Part shown: in pieces, positions 46,416-55,261 of the stretch
How the letters are laid out: each line of letters starts with the position of its first letter
How positions within the stretch are numbered: the stretch's first letter is position 1
Source of the DNA: Calditrichota bacterium
GTDB lineage: Bacteria > Electryoneota > AABM5-125-24 > Hatepunaeales > Hatepunaeaceae
Length of the DNA: 64,000 bases
Direction of reading: 5' to 3'
Assembly (NCBI GenBank): GCA_016867835.1
Contig: VGIQ01000002.1
Span: 2,953 to 66,952 of the forward strand
The notes under the pieces: generated by a model
What the model was told of the DNA's origin: nothing
What the model saw: only the letters and a program-made list of their open reading frames with translations
Database searches by the model: none
Translations under genes and position numbers: made by a program

Positions 46416-48965
46416 ATGAATATCATCCAAGGGGAGCGGATCATACCGCGGCCGATCGAAGACGAGATGCGGGACAGTTATCTCGACTATTCGATGTCGG
46501 TCATCGTCCAGCGCGCCCTCCCCGACGTCCGGGACGGCTTGAAGCCGGTCCATCGCCGCATCCTCTACGGAATGAACGAACTCGGTCTTGGACCGGGACG
46601 GCCCTATAAGAAGTCGGCGCGCATCGTCGGCGATGTGATGGGTAAGTATCACCCTCACGGCGATGCAGCAATCTATGATGCCCTCGTCCGGATGGTGCAG
46701 ACCTTTTCCATGCGGGCGCCGCTCATCGACGGGCAGGGGAACTTTGGATCGGTCGATGGCGACAGCCCGGCAGCGATGCGATACACCGAGGCGCGGATGG
46801 AGCGCCTTGCCGACGAGTTACTGGCCGACATAGAGAAGGAGACCGTCCCCTTTACCGGCAACTACGACGACACGCTCCAGGAGCCAGTCGTCCTGCCGGC
46901 GAAGTTCCCGAACCTGCTGGTCAACGGCTCGTCCGGTATCGCAGTCGGAATGGCGACCAACATCCCTCCCCACAACCTGGGCGAGATCATCGACGCTCTC
47001 GAAGCGCTGATCGAGGATCCCAGCCTGCCGGTCGTCAACCCCGAAGAGCCTGAACGGGCGATCTTCAACTTGCGCGACTTCAGGAAAGGACTGGTGCAAG
47101 GCCCCGACTTCCCGACCGGCGGCATCATCTACGGCATCGAAGGCGTCCGGGACTATCTGACAACCGGACGAGGCCGGGTTACCGTCCGGGCCAAAGCGAC
47201 CGTCGAGACCCCCAAGAACGCCCGCGAGCGGATCGTCGTCGTCGAAATCCCCTATCAGGTTGACAAGACGCGCCTGATCGAGAAGACTGCCGAACTGATC
47301 AACGACAAGAAGATCGAAGGCATCGCCGACATTCGCGATGAGTCGGACCGCGACGGCATGCGGATCGTCTATGAACTGAAGCGCGACGCCGTGCCCGAGG
47401 TGGTGCTTAACAACCTCTATGCCCACACCCAGTTGCAGACCACCTTCGGGGTCATAATGCTGGCGCTGGTGGGCGGAGTTCCGAAGGTGATCGACATCAA
47501 GCGGGCGCTCGAGGAATACCTCAAGCACCGCCACGAGGTCGTAACAAAGCGGACCGAATACGATCTGCGGAAGGCAAAGGAACGGGAGCACATCTTCGAG
47601 GGGCTTAAGATCGCCGTCGATAACCTCGACGAGGTGATCGAGATAATCCGCTCGTCGAAGGAGCCGTCCGAAGCGCGGAGCCGGTTGATGACGCGATTCG
47701 GCCTCTCGGAGATTCAGGCGAAGGAGATCCTCGATATGCGCCTGGCGCGGCTCACCGGCCTCGAACGGCAGGCGATAATCGACGAACTGCGTCAGATCAA
47801 GGAACTGATTTTCGACCTCGAAGGGATCCTCGGGTCGAAGGAACGGCGGATGATGATCGTGAAGGAGGAGTTGCTCGACATCAAGGTGCGCTATGCCGAC
47901 GACCGACGCACCGAGATCGTCCCCGAAACGGGCAGTTTCACGATTGAGGATATGATCGCCGAAGAGGATATGGTGATCACGGTGACCAAGACCGGCTATA
48001 TCAAGCGCTTCCCGGTCTCGGGCTACCGGCGTCAGCGGCGCGGCGGAAAGGGCTTGTCGGGACATACTCCGCGCGAGGAAGACGCCATCCAGCACCTCTT
48101 CGTCGCTTCGACGCACAACTACATCCTCTTCTTCACCGACCGCGGGCAGTGCCATTGGCTGAAGGTGCATGAGATTCCGTCGCTGGGAAGGGTAGCGCGC
48201 GGCAAGCCGATCGTCAACCTGATCGACATCGCTCCCGGCGAGCAGATCGCCGCGCTGGTCAATGTGGCGAAGTTCGACTCCGGGCACTATCTTCTCTTTT
48301 GCACCCGGAGCGGGACGGTTAAGAAGACGCCGCTCGACGCCTACTCCAATCCCCGGCGCGGCGGCATCCGGGCTATCAGCGTCGATGCCGACGACGCGCT
48401 GACGGGCGTCGATCTGACCGACGGCAAATGCGACATCGTGCTCGGCGCATCGAACGGCAAGGCGGTGCGGTTCAACGAATCCGACGCCAGGCCGATGGGA
48501 CGAACCGCAGCGGGGGTCATCGGGATGCGGCTCGGACCGGGCGACCGGATTGTGGGGATGGTCGTCGCCCGCCGGGAAGGGACGCTGATGGTGGTGAGCG
48601 AAAAGGGCTACGGCAAGCGCTCGCCGCTGCACGAATACCGTCTGACCCGACGGGGCGCTTCGGGCGTCAAAGCGATGAACACGACGCCGATTACGGGGCC
48701 GCTTATCGCACTGATGGAGGTAACCGACTCCGACGACCTGCTGATCATAACCAGTTCGGGCATTGTCATCCGGCAGCCGGTGTCGGCGATTCGCTCGATC
48801 GGCCGGGTGACACGCGGCGTCCGGCTGATCAATCTGAACCGCGAAGACGGGGCACTCGACACCATCGCCGATATATCGAAGGTGGTGCGGGAGGACGACG
48901 AGGGCGAGACTGACGACGCCCTCATCGGCCTGGACGAGGAACAGAGCGGTTTGTTCGGGGAGTAA
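46416..48965 (+). CDS. gyrA: DNA gyrase subunit A.
   Basis: The ATG at 46416 gives [53 protein letters not shown]...[10 protein letters not shown] (active-site Tyr region). It has the GyrA-box QRRGGKG and C-terminal beta-pinwheel repeats. The track ORF starts 132 nt upstream. Confidence 0.95.
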   Translation: MNIIQGERIIPRPIEDEMRDSYLDYSMSVIVQRALPDVRDGLKPVHRRILYGMNELGLGPGRPYKKSARIVGDVMGKYHPHGDAAIYDALVRMVQTFSMRAPLIDGQGNFGSVDGDSPAAMRYTEARMERLADELLADIEKETVPFTGNYDDTLQEPVVLPAKFPNLLVNGSSGIAVGMATNIPPHNLGEIIDALEALIEDPSLPVVNPEEPERAIFNLRDFRKGLVQGPDFPTGGIIYGIEGVRDYLTTGRGRVTVRAKATVETPKNARERIVVVEIPYQVDKTRLIEKTAELINDKKIEGIADIRDESDRDGMRIVYELKRDAVPEVVLNNLYAHTQLQTTFGVIMLALVGGVPKVIDIKRALEEYLKHRHEVVTKRTEYDLRKAKEREHIFEGLKIAVDNLDEVIEIIRSSKEPSEARSRLMTRFGLSEIQAKEILDMRLARLTGLERQAIIDELRQIKELIFDLEGILGSKERRMMIVKEELLDIKVRYADDRRTEIVPETGSFTIEDMIAEEDMVITVTKTGYIKRFPVSGYRRQRRGGKGLSGHTPREEDAIQHLFVASTHNYILFFTDRGQCHWLKVHEIPSLGRVARGKPIVNLIDIAPGEQIAALVNVAKFDSGHYLLFCTRSGTVKKTPLDAYSNPRRGGIRAISVDADDALTGVDLTDGKCDIVLGASNGKAVRFNESDARPMGRTAAGVIGMRLGPGDRIVGMVVARREGTLMVVSEKGYGKRSPLHEYRLTRRGASGVKAMNTTPITGPLIALMEVTDSDDLLIITSSGIVIRQPVSAIRSIGRVTRGVRLINLNREDGALDTIADISKVVREDDEGETDDALIGLDEEQSGLFGE

Positions 48966-49123
48966 ACCGGCACTCTGCGGACTTTGCGTCTCTGCGTGAG
49001 ATTATTCATGTGGCTTTGGCAGCTTTGAGCGAGCAGATCCCGCGGTCGCGCTTCATACACCAACACCAGAAGACAAATTGATTCTCCTTATCCAGCGATG
49101 ACCGATGGTAGCCTTCACCCGGC

Positions 49124-49223
49124 GGGTGTTCTCTGTAGCGCCGCCATCTTGGCGGCAAGTCGAAGCCAGCAACGGGTGTTCTTTGTAGCGCCGCCATCTT
49201 GGCGGCAAGTCGAAGCCAGCAAG
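49124..49223. repeat. 2 x 50-bp tandem direct repeat, each unit containing the hairpin GCCGCCA-tct-TGGCGGC.
   Basis: GGGTGTTCTCTGTAGCGCCGCCATCTTGGCGGCAAGTCGAAGCCAGCAAC at 49124-49173 is repeated at 49174-49223 with 2 mismatches. It lies ~160 nt 3' of gyrA. Confidence 0.7.
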
Positions 49224-49407
49224 ATGCTGGCGCTACGGTATCGCGGGATTAGGATAATACGATTGCAGCGAACTATGGCGGGAAACACGTCCTCGAAGGT
49301 CCGCTAAGGATGCCCCATGAAAGTCCGGTCATGATTCGTTCGATCTGGCTGATCCCCGTTGGATCAGCAGTTCCGATTCTCATATCTGCTTATCCCGCAG
49401 AGAAAAA

Positions 49408-49635
49408 ATGATAGGAGAATTCGCAATAGTCGCCCTACTTAAGGATCTGCCCGAATATGGACTGGAAGAAGGTGACTTGGGCACCGTAGTGCATATTTAT
49501 GATGGCGGTGAGGCGTTTGAAGTGGAATTCATGACCTTCGACGGCAACACCATCGCAGTGGCGACGATCGAAGCCTTCAAATTGCATCCAGTGGGACCCG
49601 ACGAAGTGCCGAGATCGCGGCATCTGGTAGCCTAA
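49408..49635 (+). CDS. Small DUF4926-like protein.
   Basis: 75 aa: MIGEFAIVALLKDLPEYGLEEGDLGTVVHIYDGGEAFEVEFMTFDGNTIAVATIEAFKL. The family assignment is from memory of the DUF4926 pattern. Its TAA stop overlaps the tyrS ATG (TAATG). Confidence 0.45.
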   Translation: MIGEFAIVALLKDLPEYGLEEGDLGTVVHIYDGGEAFEVEFMTFDGNTIAVATIEAFKLHPVGPDEVPRSRHLVA

Positions 49636-50867
49636 TGCCCTTCCTGCCACCTGAAGAACAACTGAGGATCCTGAAGGATGCCGTTCCGCCGGTCGAGATC
49701 ATCGACGAGGCCGAACTGCTCTCCAAACTGGAGCGTTCCTTTGCGTCCGGCAAGCCTTTGCGAATCAAACAAGGCTTCGATGCCTCCGCTCCTGACCTGC
49801 ACATCGGCCACGCGGTGTCGCTTTGGAAGTTGCGCGCGTTTCAGGACCTTGGGCACAAGGTGATCTTCCTGATCGGCGACTTCACGGCGATGATCGGCGA
49901 CCCATCGGGGAAGTCGAAAACGCGGCCCCGCCTCTCTCGGGAGGAAGTGCTTGTCAACTCCGAAACCTACCGGCAGCAGGTATTTCGCATCCTGCGTGAC
50001 GACCCGGAGGTGCTCGAAGTCCGCTTCAACAGCGAGTGGCATGCGAAGCGGGACGTCTATCAGTTCCTCGAACTGGCGAGCCGCCGGACGGTGGCGCGGA
50101 TACTTGAGCGGGACGACTTTATGAAGCGGTTCCAGGCGCAGGAGGATATATCGCTCCTGGAGTTCCTCTACCCGCTGGTCCAGGCTTATGACTCGGTGGC
50201 GCTCGAAGCCGATGTCGAGTTGGGTGGCATGGATCAGAAGTTCAACCTCGTCCTGGCGCGGCAGATACAAAGGTCTTATGGGCAGGAACCGCAGGTGCTC
50301 TTCCTGATGCCGCTACTGAAAGGATTGGACGGCAACGAGAAGATGTCGAAGAGCCTCGGCAACTACATCGGCGTAACCGATACCGCGGACGACATCTACG
50401 GCAAGGTGATGAGCATCCCGGACAGTTTGCTGGAGGAATACTTCGTGTTGGCGTCGGGGCTTGGCAGCGTGGAAGCCCGGTCGGTGGTACGGGAGGACCC
50501 TTACCAGGCCAAGCACCGTCTGGCGCACCTTATCACGGCGCGTTACTGCGGCGAAGAGGCGGCACAGAAGGCGGGGGAGGGGTTTCGCGCGAGGTTCAAG
50601 GAGGGCAAACCGCCGGAGTTTAAGGAACTCGAAGACCAGAACCGGGTCTGTCTCTGTGAGCCCGGTGAGAAGGTATATTTACCTCGAATCATGCAGGACT
50701 TCGGTGCCGTCTCTTCCGGAAGTGCTGCCAAGCGTCTGATCGATTCCGGTTCGGTGCGCATCGACGGGGAGAAGATTCCAGTCGGCACTTATGAGGTGGT
50801 TGCGGACGGCCATGAGCATATTGTGAAGGTCGGCAAACGCTTTTACTTCGGCTATGCTCCGAAATGA
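49635..50867 (+). CDS. tyrS: Tyrosine--tRNA ligase.
   Basis: HIGH motif in APDLHIGHAV, KMSKS motif present, and a C-terminal S4-like domain (AAKRLIDSGSVRIDGEKI). Confidence 0.9.
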   Translation: MPFLPPEEQLRILKDAVPPVEIIDEAELLSKLERSFASGKPLRIKQGFDASAPDLHIGHAVSLWKLRAFQDLGHKVIFLIGDFTAMIGDPSGKSKTRPRLSREEVLVNSETYRQQVFRILRDDPEVLEVRFNSEWHAKRDVYQFLELASRRTVARILERDDFMKRFQAQEDISLLEFLYPLVQAYDSVALEADVELGGMDQKFNLVLARQIQRSYGQEPQVLFLMPLLKGLDGNEKMSKSLGNYIGVTDTADDIYGKVMSIPDSLLEEYFVLASGLGSVEARSVVREDPYQAKHRLAHLITARYCGEEAAQKAGEGFRARFKEGKPPEFKELEDQNRVCLCEPGEKVYLPRIMQDFGAVSSGSAAKRLIDSGSVRIDGEKIPVGTYEVVADGHEHIVKVGKRFYFGYAPK

Positions 50868-51005
50868 CATGTGAATGGATTGAGAGGCCGTTGTGGGCAG
50901 GCGGGTAAGCATTCCTTATCCGGCTTTAAGCATGCCACCAGACGCCTTCGACTGGTGGCTAACGGATATTGGCTAAAGTGGGGCGAAGGCGTCCCCTTGA
51001 CACTG

Positions 51006-51481
51006 AATTGGTCGGATCGGAATCCGACCCTACGCGACAAATTGGTCGGATCGGAATCCGACCCTACGCGACAAATTGGTCGGATCGGAATCCGACCCTA
51101 CGCGACGAATTGGTCGGATCGGAATCCGACCCTACGCGACGAATTGGTCGGATCGGAATCCGACCCTACGCGACGAATTGGTCGGATCGGAATCCGACCC
51201 TACGCGATGAATTGGTCGGATCGGAATCCGACCCTACGCGACGAATTGGTCGGATCGGAATCCGACCCTATGCGACAAATTGGTCGGATCGGAATCCGAC
51301 CCTACGCGACGAATTGGTCGGATCGGAATCCGACCCTACGCGACGAATTGGTCGGATCGGAATCCGACCCTACGCGACAAATTGGTCGGATCGGAATCCG
51401 ACCCTACGCGACAAATTGGTCGGATCGGAATCCGACCCTACGCGACGAATTGGTCGGATCGGAATCCGACCCTACGCGAAA
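51006..51481. repeat. Tandem array of 14 near-identical 34-bp units, each containing a perfect 8-bp-stem hairpin.
   Basis: The unit AATTGGTCGGATCGGAATCCGACCCTACGCGAC(A/G) repeats head-to-tail with no spacers. Unit starts are 51006, 51040, ... 51448, and only 3-4 variable positions occur over 476 bp. The internal inverted repeat is GGTCGGAT-cgga-ATCCGACC. The period is not a multiple of 3, so the track ORFs 50871.., 50969..51493 and 51280..51756 across it show a 34-aa pseudo-repeat and are artefacts. A 10-bp inverted repeat GACGCCTTCG...CGAAGGCGTC lies immediately upstream at 50941-50993. Confidence 0.9.
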
Positions 51482-51494
51482 AGACACATTTGAA

Positions 51495-52853
51495 ATGGAA
51501 TCTATGCGCATGCCAATTCTCATCCTGCTTTCCCTGCTCCTCGCCGGCGCCGCCGTCGCCCACTTCGGCGCGAAGTTCGAGCCACCGGACGGACGCATCT
51601 ATCACGGCTCGGGCTGGAACTACATCGACAGCCATCGACGCTACGAGGAGATGTTCCCCGGCGACAAACGTCCGCTCATCCTGCAGACCAACGTCTCGAT
51701 TCCCGGCACCCGCGGCACCGACGTCGCTCGACTGGTGCGGGGTATGGAACAGATGATCATCCACCCCGACAGTCAGTTCGTCGAATTCAGCATGCACTGG
51801 CAGGGCCGCGACGCGGCGGTGATGCTCGACTCGATCTACGTCCATACCGACCAGTGGGATCGCTATGTCGATACCCTCGAAATCGCCTTTCGGCGGGTCA
51901 ATCGCCCCTTTTTCCTTCGCCTCGGATTCGAGTTCAACGGGGATTGGAATCCCTATCATCCTTACATCTTTCCCCAGGCTTTTCGCAAACTGGTGATCGA
52001 ACTTCGCCGCCGCGGGATCGACCAGTTCGCGACGGTCTGGTGCTACGAACCGGACGCTCCGGGCGATTTTGCAGACTCAACGCGGCAGGGCTGGAAGTGG
52101 TATCCGGGGGACGATGTCGTCGATTGGTTTGGCCTTGATCTCTTCAACCATGCGCACTTCGATCCCGCCGAGCCCGATTCGCAGCGCGGGCAACTCTCAC
52201 GCAAGGGCAAGAGCGAAGCATTCCTCAGGTTCGCCGAAACGCGGGGCAAGCCGGTCTTTCTGAACGAACTCTCGGCCATCGATATTCAGGCTACGCCCGA
52301 CTCGCTCGACGAAGATCACGCCGACGGGCGTGCCGACTGGGAGGTCTGGTTCGAACCGTTCTTCGATTTCGTCGCTGCACATCCGATCATTAAGGGCTGG
52401 AACTACATCAACGTCGATTGGAACGTCGTCGGTGACTACGGCGAGATGGGCTGGCGCGACGCGAGGCTCGAGATCAATACCTATATTCGCGAGCGTTGGG
52501 TGGCGCAGGTGTCAGGGGACCGGTTCATTCACGCCGGATGGGATATCACCCAAGACCTCGGCGTCCGGGATGGCAGGGCGCCGCTGCCTCGCTTGATGTC
52601 GTTTGAGGCCTGGCCCAATCCCTTCAACGCTCAAATGCGCATCGCGTTCGACCTACCGCATTCGGGGATCGTCAGACTTATGCTGTTCGATCCGTCCGGG
52701 CGCGAGGCAGGGACACTCCTTGGCAGCCGGTGGCTCTCTGCCGGCCGGAATGGACTCACTCTTGATGGTGGTGCGCTGCCGGCAGGCTCCTATATGCTCC
52801 GGCTCGACGCGGGAGGATGGCAGGCTGAGCGGAAGGTGGTAATGATAAAGTGA
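51495..52853 (+). CDS. Secreted glycoside hydrolase (GH26-like) with a T9SS C-terminal domain.
   Basis: The ATG at 51495 (alternatives 51504/51510) gives the MESMRMPILILLSLLLAGAAVA signal peptide. FLRLGFEFNGDWNPY resembles the GH26 RxxHExNGxW acid/base motif. WYPGDDVVDWFGLDLF resembles the GH26 nucleophile region. The CTD is AWPNPFNAQMRIAFDLPHSGIVRLMLFDPSGREAG...GSYMLRLDAGGWQAERKVVMIK. Confidence 0.5.
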   Translation: MESMRMPILILLSLLLAGAAVAHFGAKFEPPDGRIYHGSGWNYIDSHRRYEEMFPGDKRPLILQTNVSIPGTRGTDVARLVRGMEQMIIHPDSQFVEFSMHWQGRDAAVMLDSIYVHTDQWDRYVDTLEIAFRRVNRPFFLRLGFEFNGDWNPYHPYIFPQAFRKLVIELRRRGIDQFATVWCYEPDAPGDFADSTRQGWKWYPGDDVVDWFGLDLFNHAHFDPAEPDSQRGQLSRKGKSEAFLRFAETRGKPVFLNELSAIDIQATPDSLDEDHADGRADWEVWFEPFFDFVAAHPIIKGWNYINVDWNVVGDYGEMGWRDARLEINTYIRERWVAQVSGDRFIHAGWDITQDLGVRDGRAPLPRLMSFEAWPNPFNAQMRIAFDLPHSGIVRLMLFDPSGREAGTLLGSRWLSAGRNGLTLDGGALPAGSYMLRLDAGGWQAERKVVMIK

Positions 52854-53061
52854 ACGAGTGAGCGAGTGAGCGGGTAAGCGCGAAGGTGGGCAGTGACCCT
52901 TATCCGCCCGCATGCTTGAGTTCACAACCTGGCAGCATTCATTTTGCTCTCACGGGGGGTTGCATTTGGATCGACAAGTTGTTTATATTGCAGGATGATG
53001 GGAAGGTTTTCTCCGTTCATCGTTCATCAGCAACTTCGACAAGCCACGGAGGTCGTTAGGT

Positions 53062-55089
53062 ATGCGTAAGGTCCTCTTTCTTCTCTTGGCGCTCGTCCTG
53101 GCGGCAGTGCCGCTCCAGGCGCAGGAACATGGCGCGGTCGCCGGTCAGGTCGTCGGCGCCGATGGAGGCGCGATCGGGGGCGCGGTCGTTACGCTCTTCA
53201 TGAATAACCAGCGCATCGGCGAGACGGTCTCGAACGATGAAGGCCGGTTCGGGTTCGAACGCGTTCCGACCGGCGTCGGCGTCGCCTGGGCCGTCGCCAG
53301 GGACATTGGACAGGGATCGGCGCGGGTTGAGGTTGCGGCCGGCCAGGTCAGTAACATCACCATCACCATCAACGTCCAGAATGGCGGAGGGGACGCTTTT
53401 GGCAGGGTCGTCGGGCGGGTGGTCAATCAGGAAGGCGCACCCTGGGCCGGAGCGCATGTAACGCTGGCTGGAAATCAAGGCGTCGTCCAGCAGACCCGCA
53501 CCAACAACGAAGGGCATTTCGCCTTCGATCGTGTTCCGCCGGGAGTCTATGAATGCACCGCGGTCGTCGAAGGTGTCGGCCGAGCGTCGCAGCGGGTCGA
53601 ATCGGTCCGCGCCGGCGTTGCCGAAGTACGGTTGGTGATCGCTGAAGACGACAACGGCGGTGGCGGCGGCGACGACGACCAGTTCGGCCGCGTCGTCGGT
53701 ATCGTCCTGACGGCTGACGGAGCCGCCGTATCAGGTGCGGCAGTGCACCTTTTCCGGGAGAATGACCTTGCGCTGAGAACCGGCACGGACGGGCACGGAC
53801 GCTTCGTCTTTGAGCGCGTTCCGGCGGGTGACTATCGAATCATCGCCGCGCACGACCGGTTCGGTCGCGCCGATGGCGAGGTAGCCGTCGAAGGCGGCGG
53901 CGTAGCCGAAATCCGGCTTGTCCTACAGAACGACAACGGCGGTGGCGGTGACGATCAGTTTGGGCGCGTCGTCGGACGGGTAACCGATCCGGAAGGCAAT
54001 GCCTTCGCCGGTGCCGCAGTCGTCCTCCACGGCGTCAACGGCATCGCGATGCGCACCGGCACCGACGGGCAGGGCGCGTTTGTCTTCGAGCGCGTTCCGG
54101 CCGGCGTCTATGAGATCGTAGCCGACGCCGGAGACCATGGCCGGGCCGGTCAGCGCATCGATGTTGAGGCGGGGGCTGTCGTCGAAGTTCATCTGGTGAT
54201 CGAAGGCAACGGCGGCGGGGGCGACGATCAACCCGGCCGGGTCGTTGGCCAGGTGGTTAATGCCGACGGGCAGCCTCTCGGCGGCGTCAGGGTCTTCCTG
54301 GTAGGGATCAATCATCGCTTCGCTCAAGAAAGACAAGCCGACCGCGAGGGCCGGTTCGTTTTCGAGCGCGTTCCTGCCGGGCTTTATAATGTCGGAGCCG
54401 ATGCCGGTGACCACGGGCATGTAATCCAGCAGATCGAAGTGGCAGCCGGAGCGGTCGTCGAAGTGCGGCTTGTGCTTGGCCGCAACGGCGGAGGCGGCGG
54501 CGATGACGAACAACGTTACGGCCGGGTGAGCGGCGTTGTTGTCGATGGCGAAGGCAACCCCATTGAGGGAGCCATCGTCACGCTCGAAAATGACCGCCAT
54601 AATGCAGAAACCGCAACCGGCGAAGACGGGCACTTCCTCTTCCCGTGGGAGCCGGTCGGCCACTATCTGATCACGGCAACGGCCGAAGATGTCGGCGACG
54701 CCGTCGCGCGGATCGGGATTCGCGCCGGACTCGAGACGGTTGTCCGGCTGGTGATTCACAATCGCGAAGGCCTCCGGCCGGCGGGCGACCCCGAGGCGGT
54801 GAACCCGGAAGTGACTCCGCTTCCGCTTGGCACCGGGCTGGTCAGCGTCTATCCGACGCCGTTTAACCCTGCTGCCACCGTGACCGTAGTGCTGCCCATA
54901 GCCGCGAGCGGCCGGGTGGCGCTCTACGACCTCCATGGCCGCGCGGTGCAAACGCTCTACGAAGGGACGTTGCAGGCGGGTCGGAGTTCGTTCAGTCTGC
55001 CGGGGAGGAACCTCGATGCCGGGCTGTACATAGTCTCGGCGGAGACGTCGGTGGGCCGGTTCACGGCGCGGGCGGTGCTGGTTAGGTAG
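53062..55089 (+). CDS. Secreted protein of six tandem carboxypeptidase-regulatory-like (CarbopepD_reg) domains with Gly/Asp linkers and a T9SS C-terminal domain.
   Basis: MRKVLFLLLALVLAAVPLQAQ signal peptide. The six ~95-aa units each begin GRVVG(R/Q)VV..G....GA.V.L and contain T(D/N)(N/G)EG(H/R)F.FERVP.G.Y. They are separated by NGGGGDD linkers. The CTD is VSVYPTPFNPAATVTVVLPIAASGRVALYDLHGRAVQTL...GLYIVSAETSVGRFTARAVLVR. Confidence 0.7.
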   Translation: MRKVLFLLLALVLAAVPLQAQEHGAVAGQVVGADGGAIGGAVVTLFMNNQRIGETVSNDEGRFGFERVPTGVGVAWAVARDIGQGSARVEVAAGQVSNITITINVQNGGGDAFGRVVGRVVNQEGAPWAGAHVTLAGNQGVVQQTRTNNEGHFAFDRVPPGVYECTAVVEGVGRASQRVESVRAGVAEVRLVIAEDDNGGGGGDDDQFGRVVGIVLTADGAAVSGAAVHLFRENDLALRTGTDGHGRFVFERVPAGDYRIIAAHDRFGRADGEVAVEGGGVAEIRLVLQNDNGGGGDDQFGRVVGRVTDPEGNAFAGAAVVLHGVNGIAMRTGTDGQGAFVFERVPAGVYEIVADAGDHGRAGQRIDVEAGAVVEVHLVIEGNGGGGDDQPGRVVGQVVNADGQPLGGVRVFLVGINHRFAQERQADREGRFVFERVPAGLYNVGADAGDHGHVIQQIEVAAGAVVEVRLVLGRNGGGGGDDEQRYGRVSGVVVDGEGNPIEGAIVTLENDRHNAETATGEDGHFLFPWEPVGHYLITATAEDVGDAVARIGIRAGLETVVRLVIHNREGLRPAGDPEAVNPEVTPLPLGTGLVSVYPTPFNPAATVTVVLPIAASGRVALYDLHGRAVQTLYEGTLQAGRSSFSLPGRNLDAGLYIVSAETSVGRFTARAVLVR

Positions 55090-55127
55090 GTTTGGGCATC
55101 TGACACCAGACTTCAGATCCAGCCAGA

Positions 55128-55152
55128 GGGGCAGGTGGAAATCACCTGCCCC
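55128..55152 (+). terminator. Intrinsic terminator: GGGGCAGGTG-gaaat-CACCTGCCCC followed by TTTGATATT.
   Basis: A perfect 10-bp stem is read from the sequence 39 nt after the stop of 53062..55089. The T-rich tail is on the + strand. Confidence 0.6.
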
Positions 55153-55261
55153 TTTGATATTAGTGTTGGCGGATAGACCGAGACCTGGCTATAGTGACTT
55201 GAAATGCGTCTCTACAGCGTTGTGTGAGGCATCCAATGAGGGACTCAGCCCGCCTAATGTG

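Noticed and set aside
46206-46658. Minus-strand ORF overlapping the smc/gyrA intergenic region and the gyrA 5' end
   Set aside because: It overlaps the unambiguous gyrA start and hairpin-rich leader, and it has no recognisable domains.
46818-48632. 604-aa minus-strand ORF inside gyrA
   Set aside because: It is antisense to gyrA, which is unequivocal.
51006-51481. CRISPR array interpretation of the 34-bp repeats
   Set aside because: The units abut directly with no unique spacers, and there are no cas genes in the window.
50871-51493. N-terminal 200 aa of track ORF 50871..52853 (and ORFs 50969..51493, 51280..51756) with the 34-aa repeat ELVGSESDPTRRIGRIGIRPYATNWSDRNPTLRD
   Set aside because: It is produced by translating the 34-bp DNA tandem array. 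The period is not a multiple of 3, so the frame cycles every three units. A real signal peptide and ATG start the hydrolase at ~51495.
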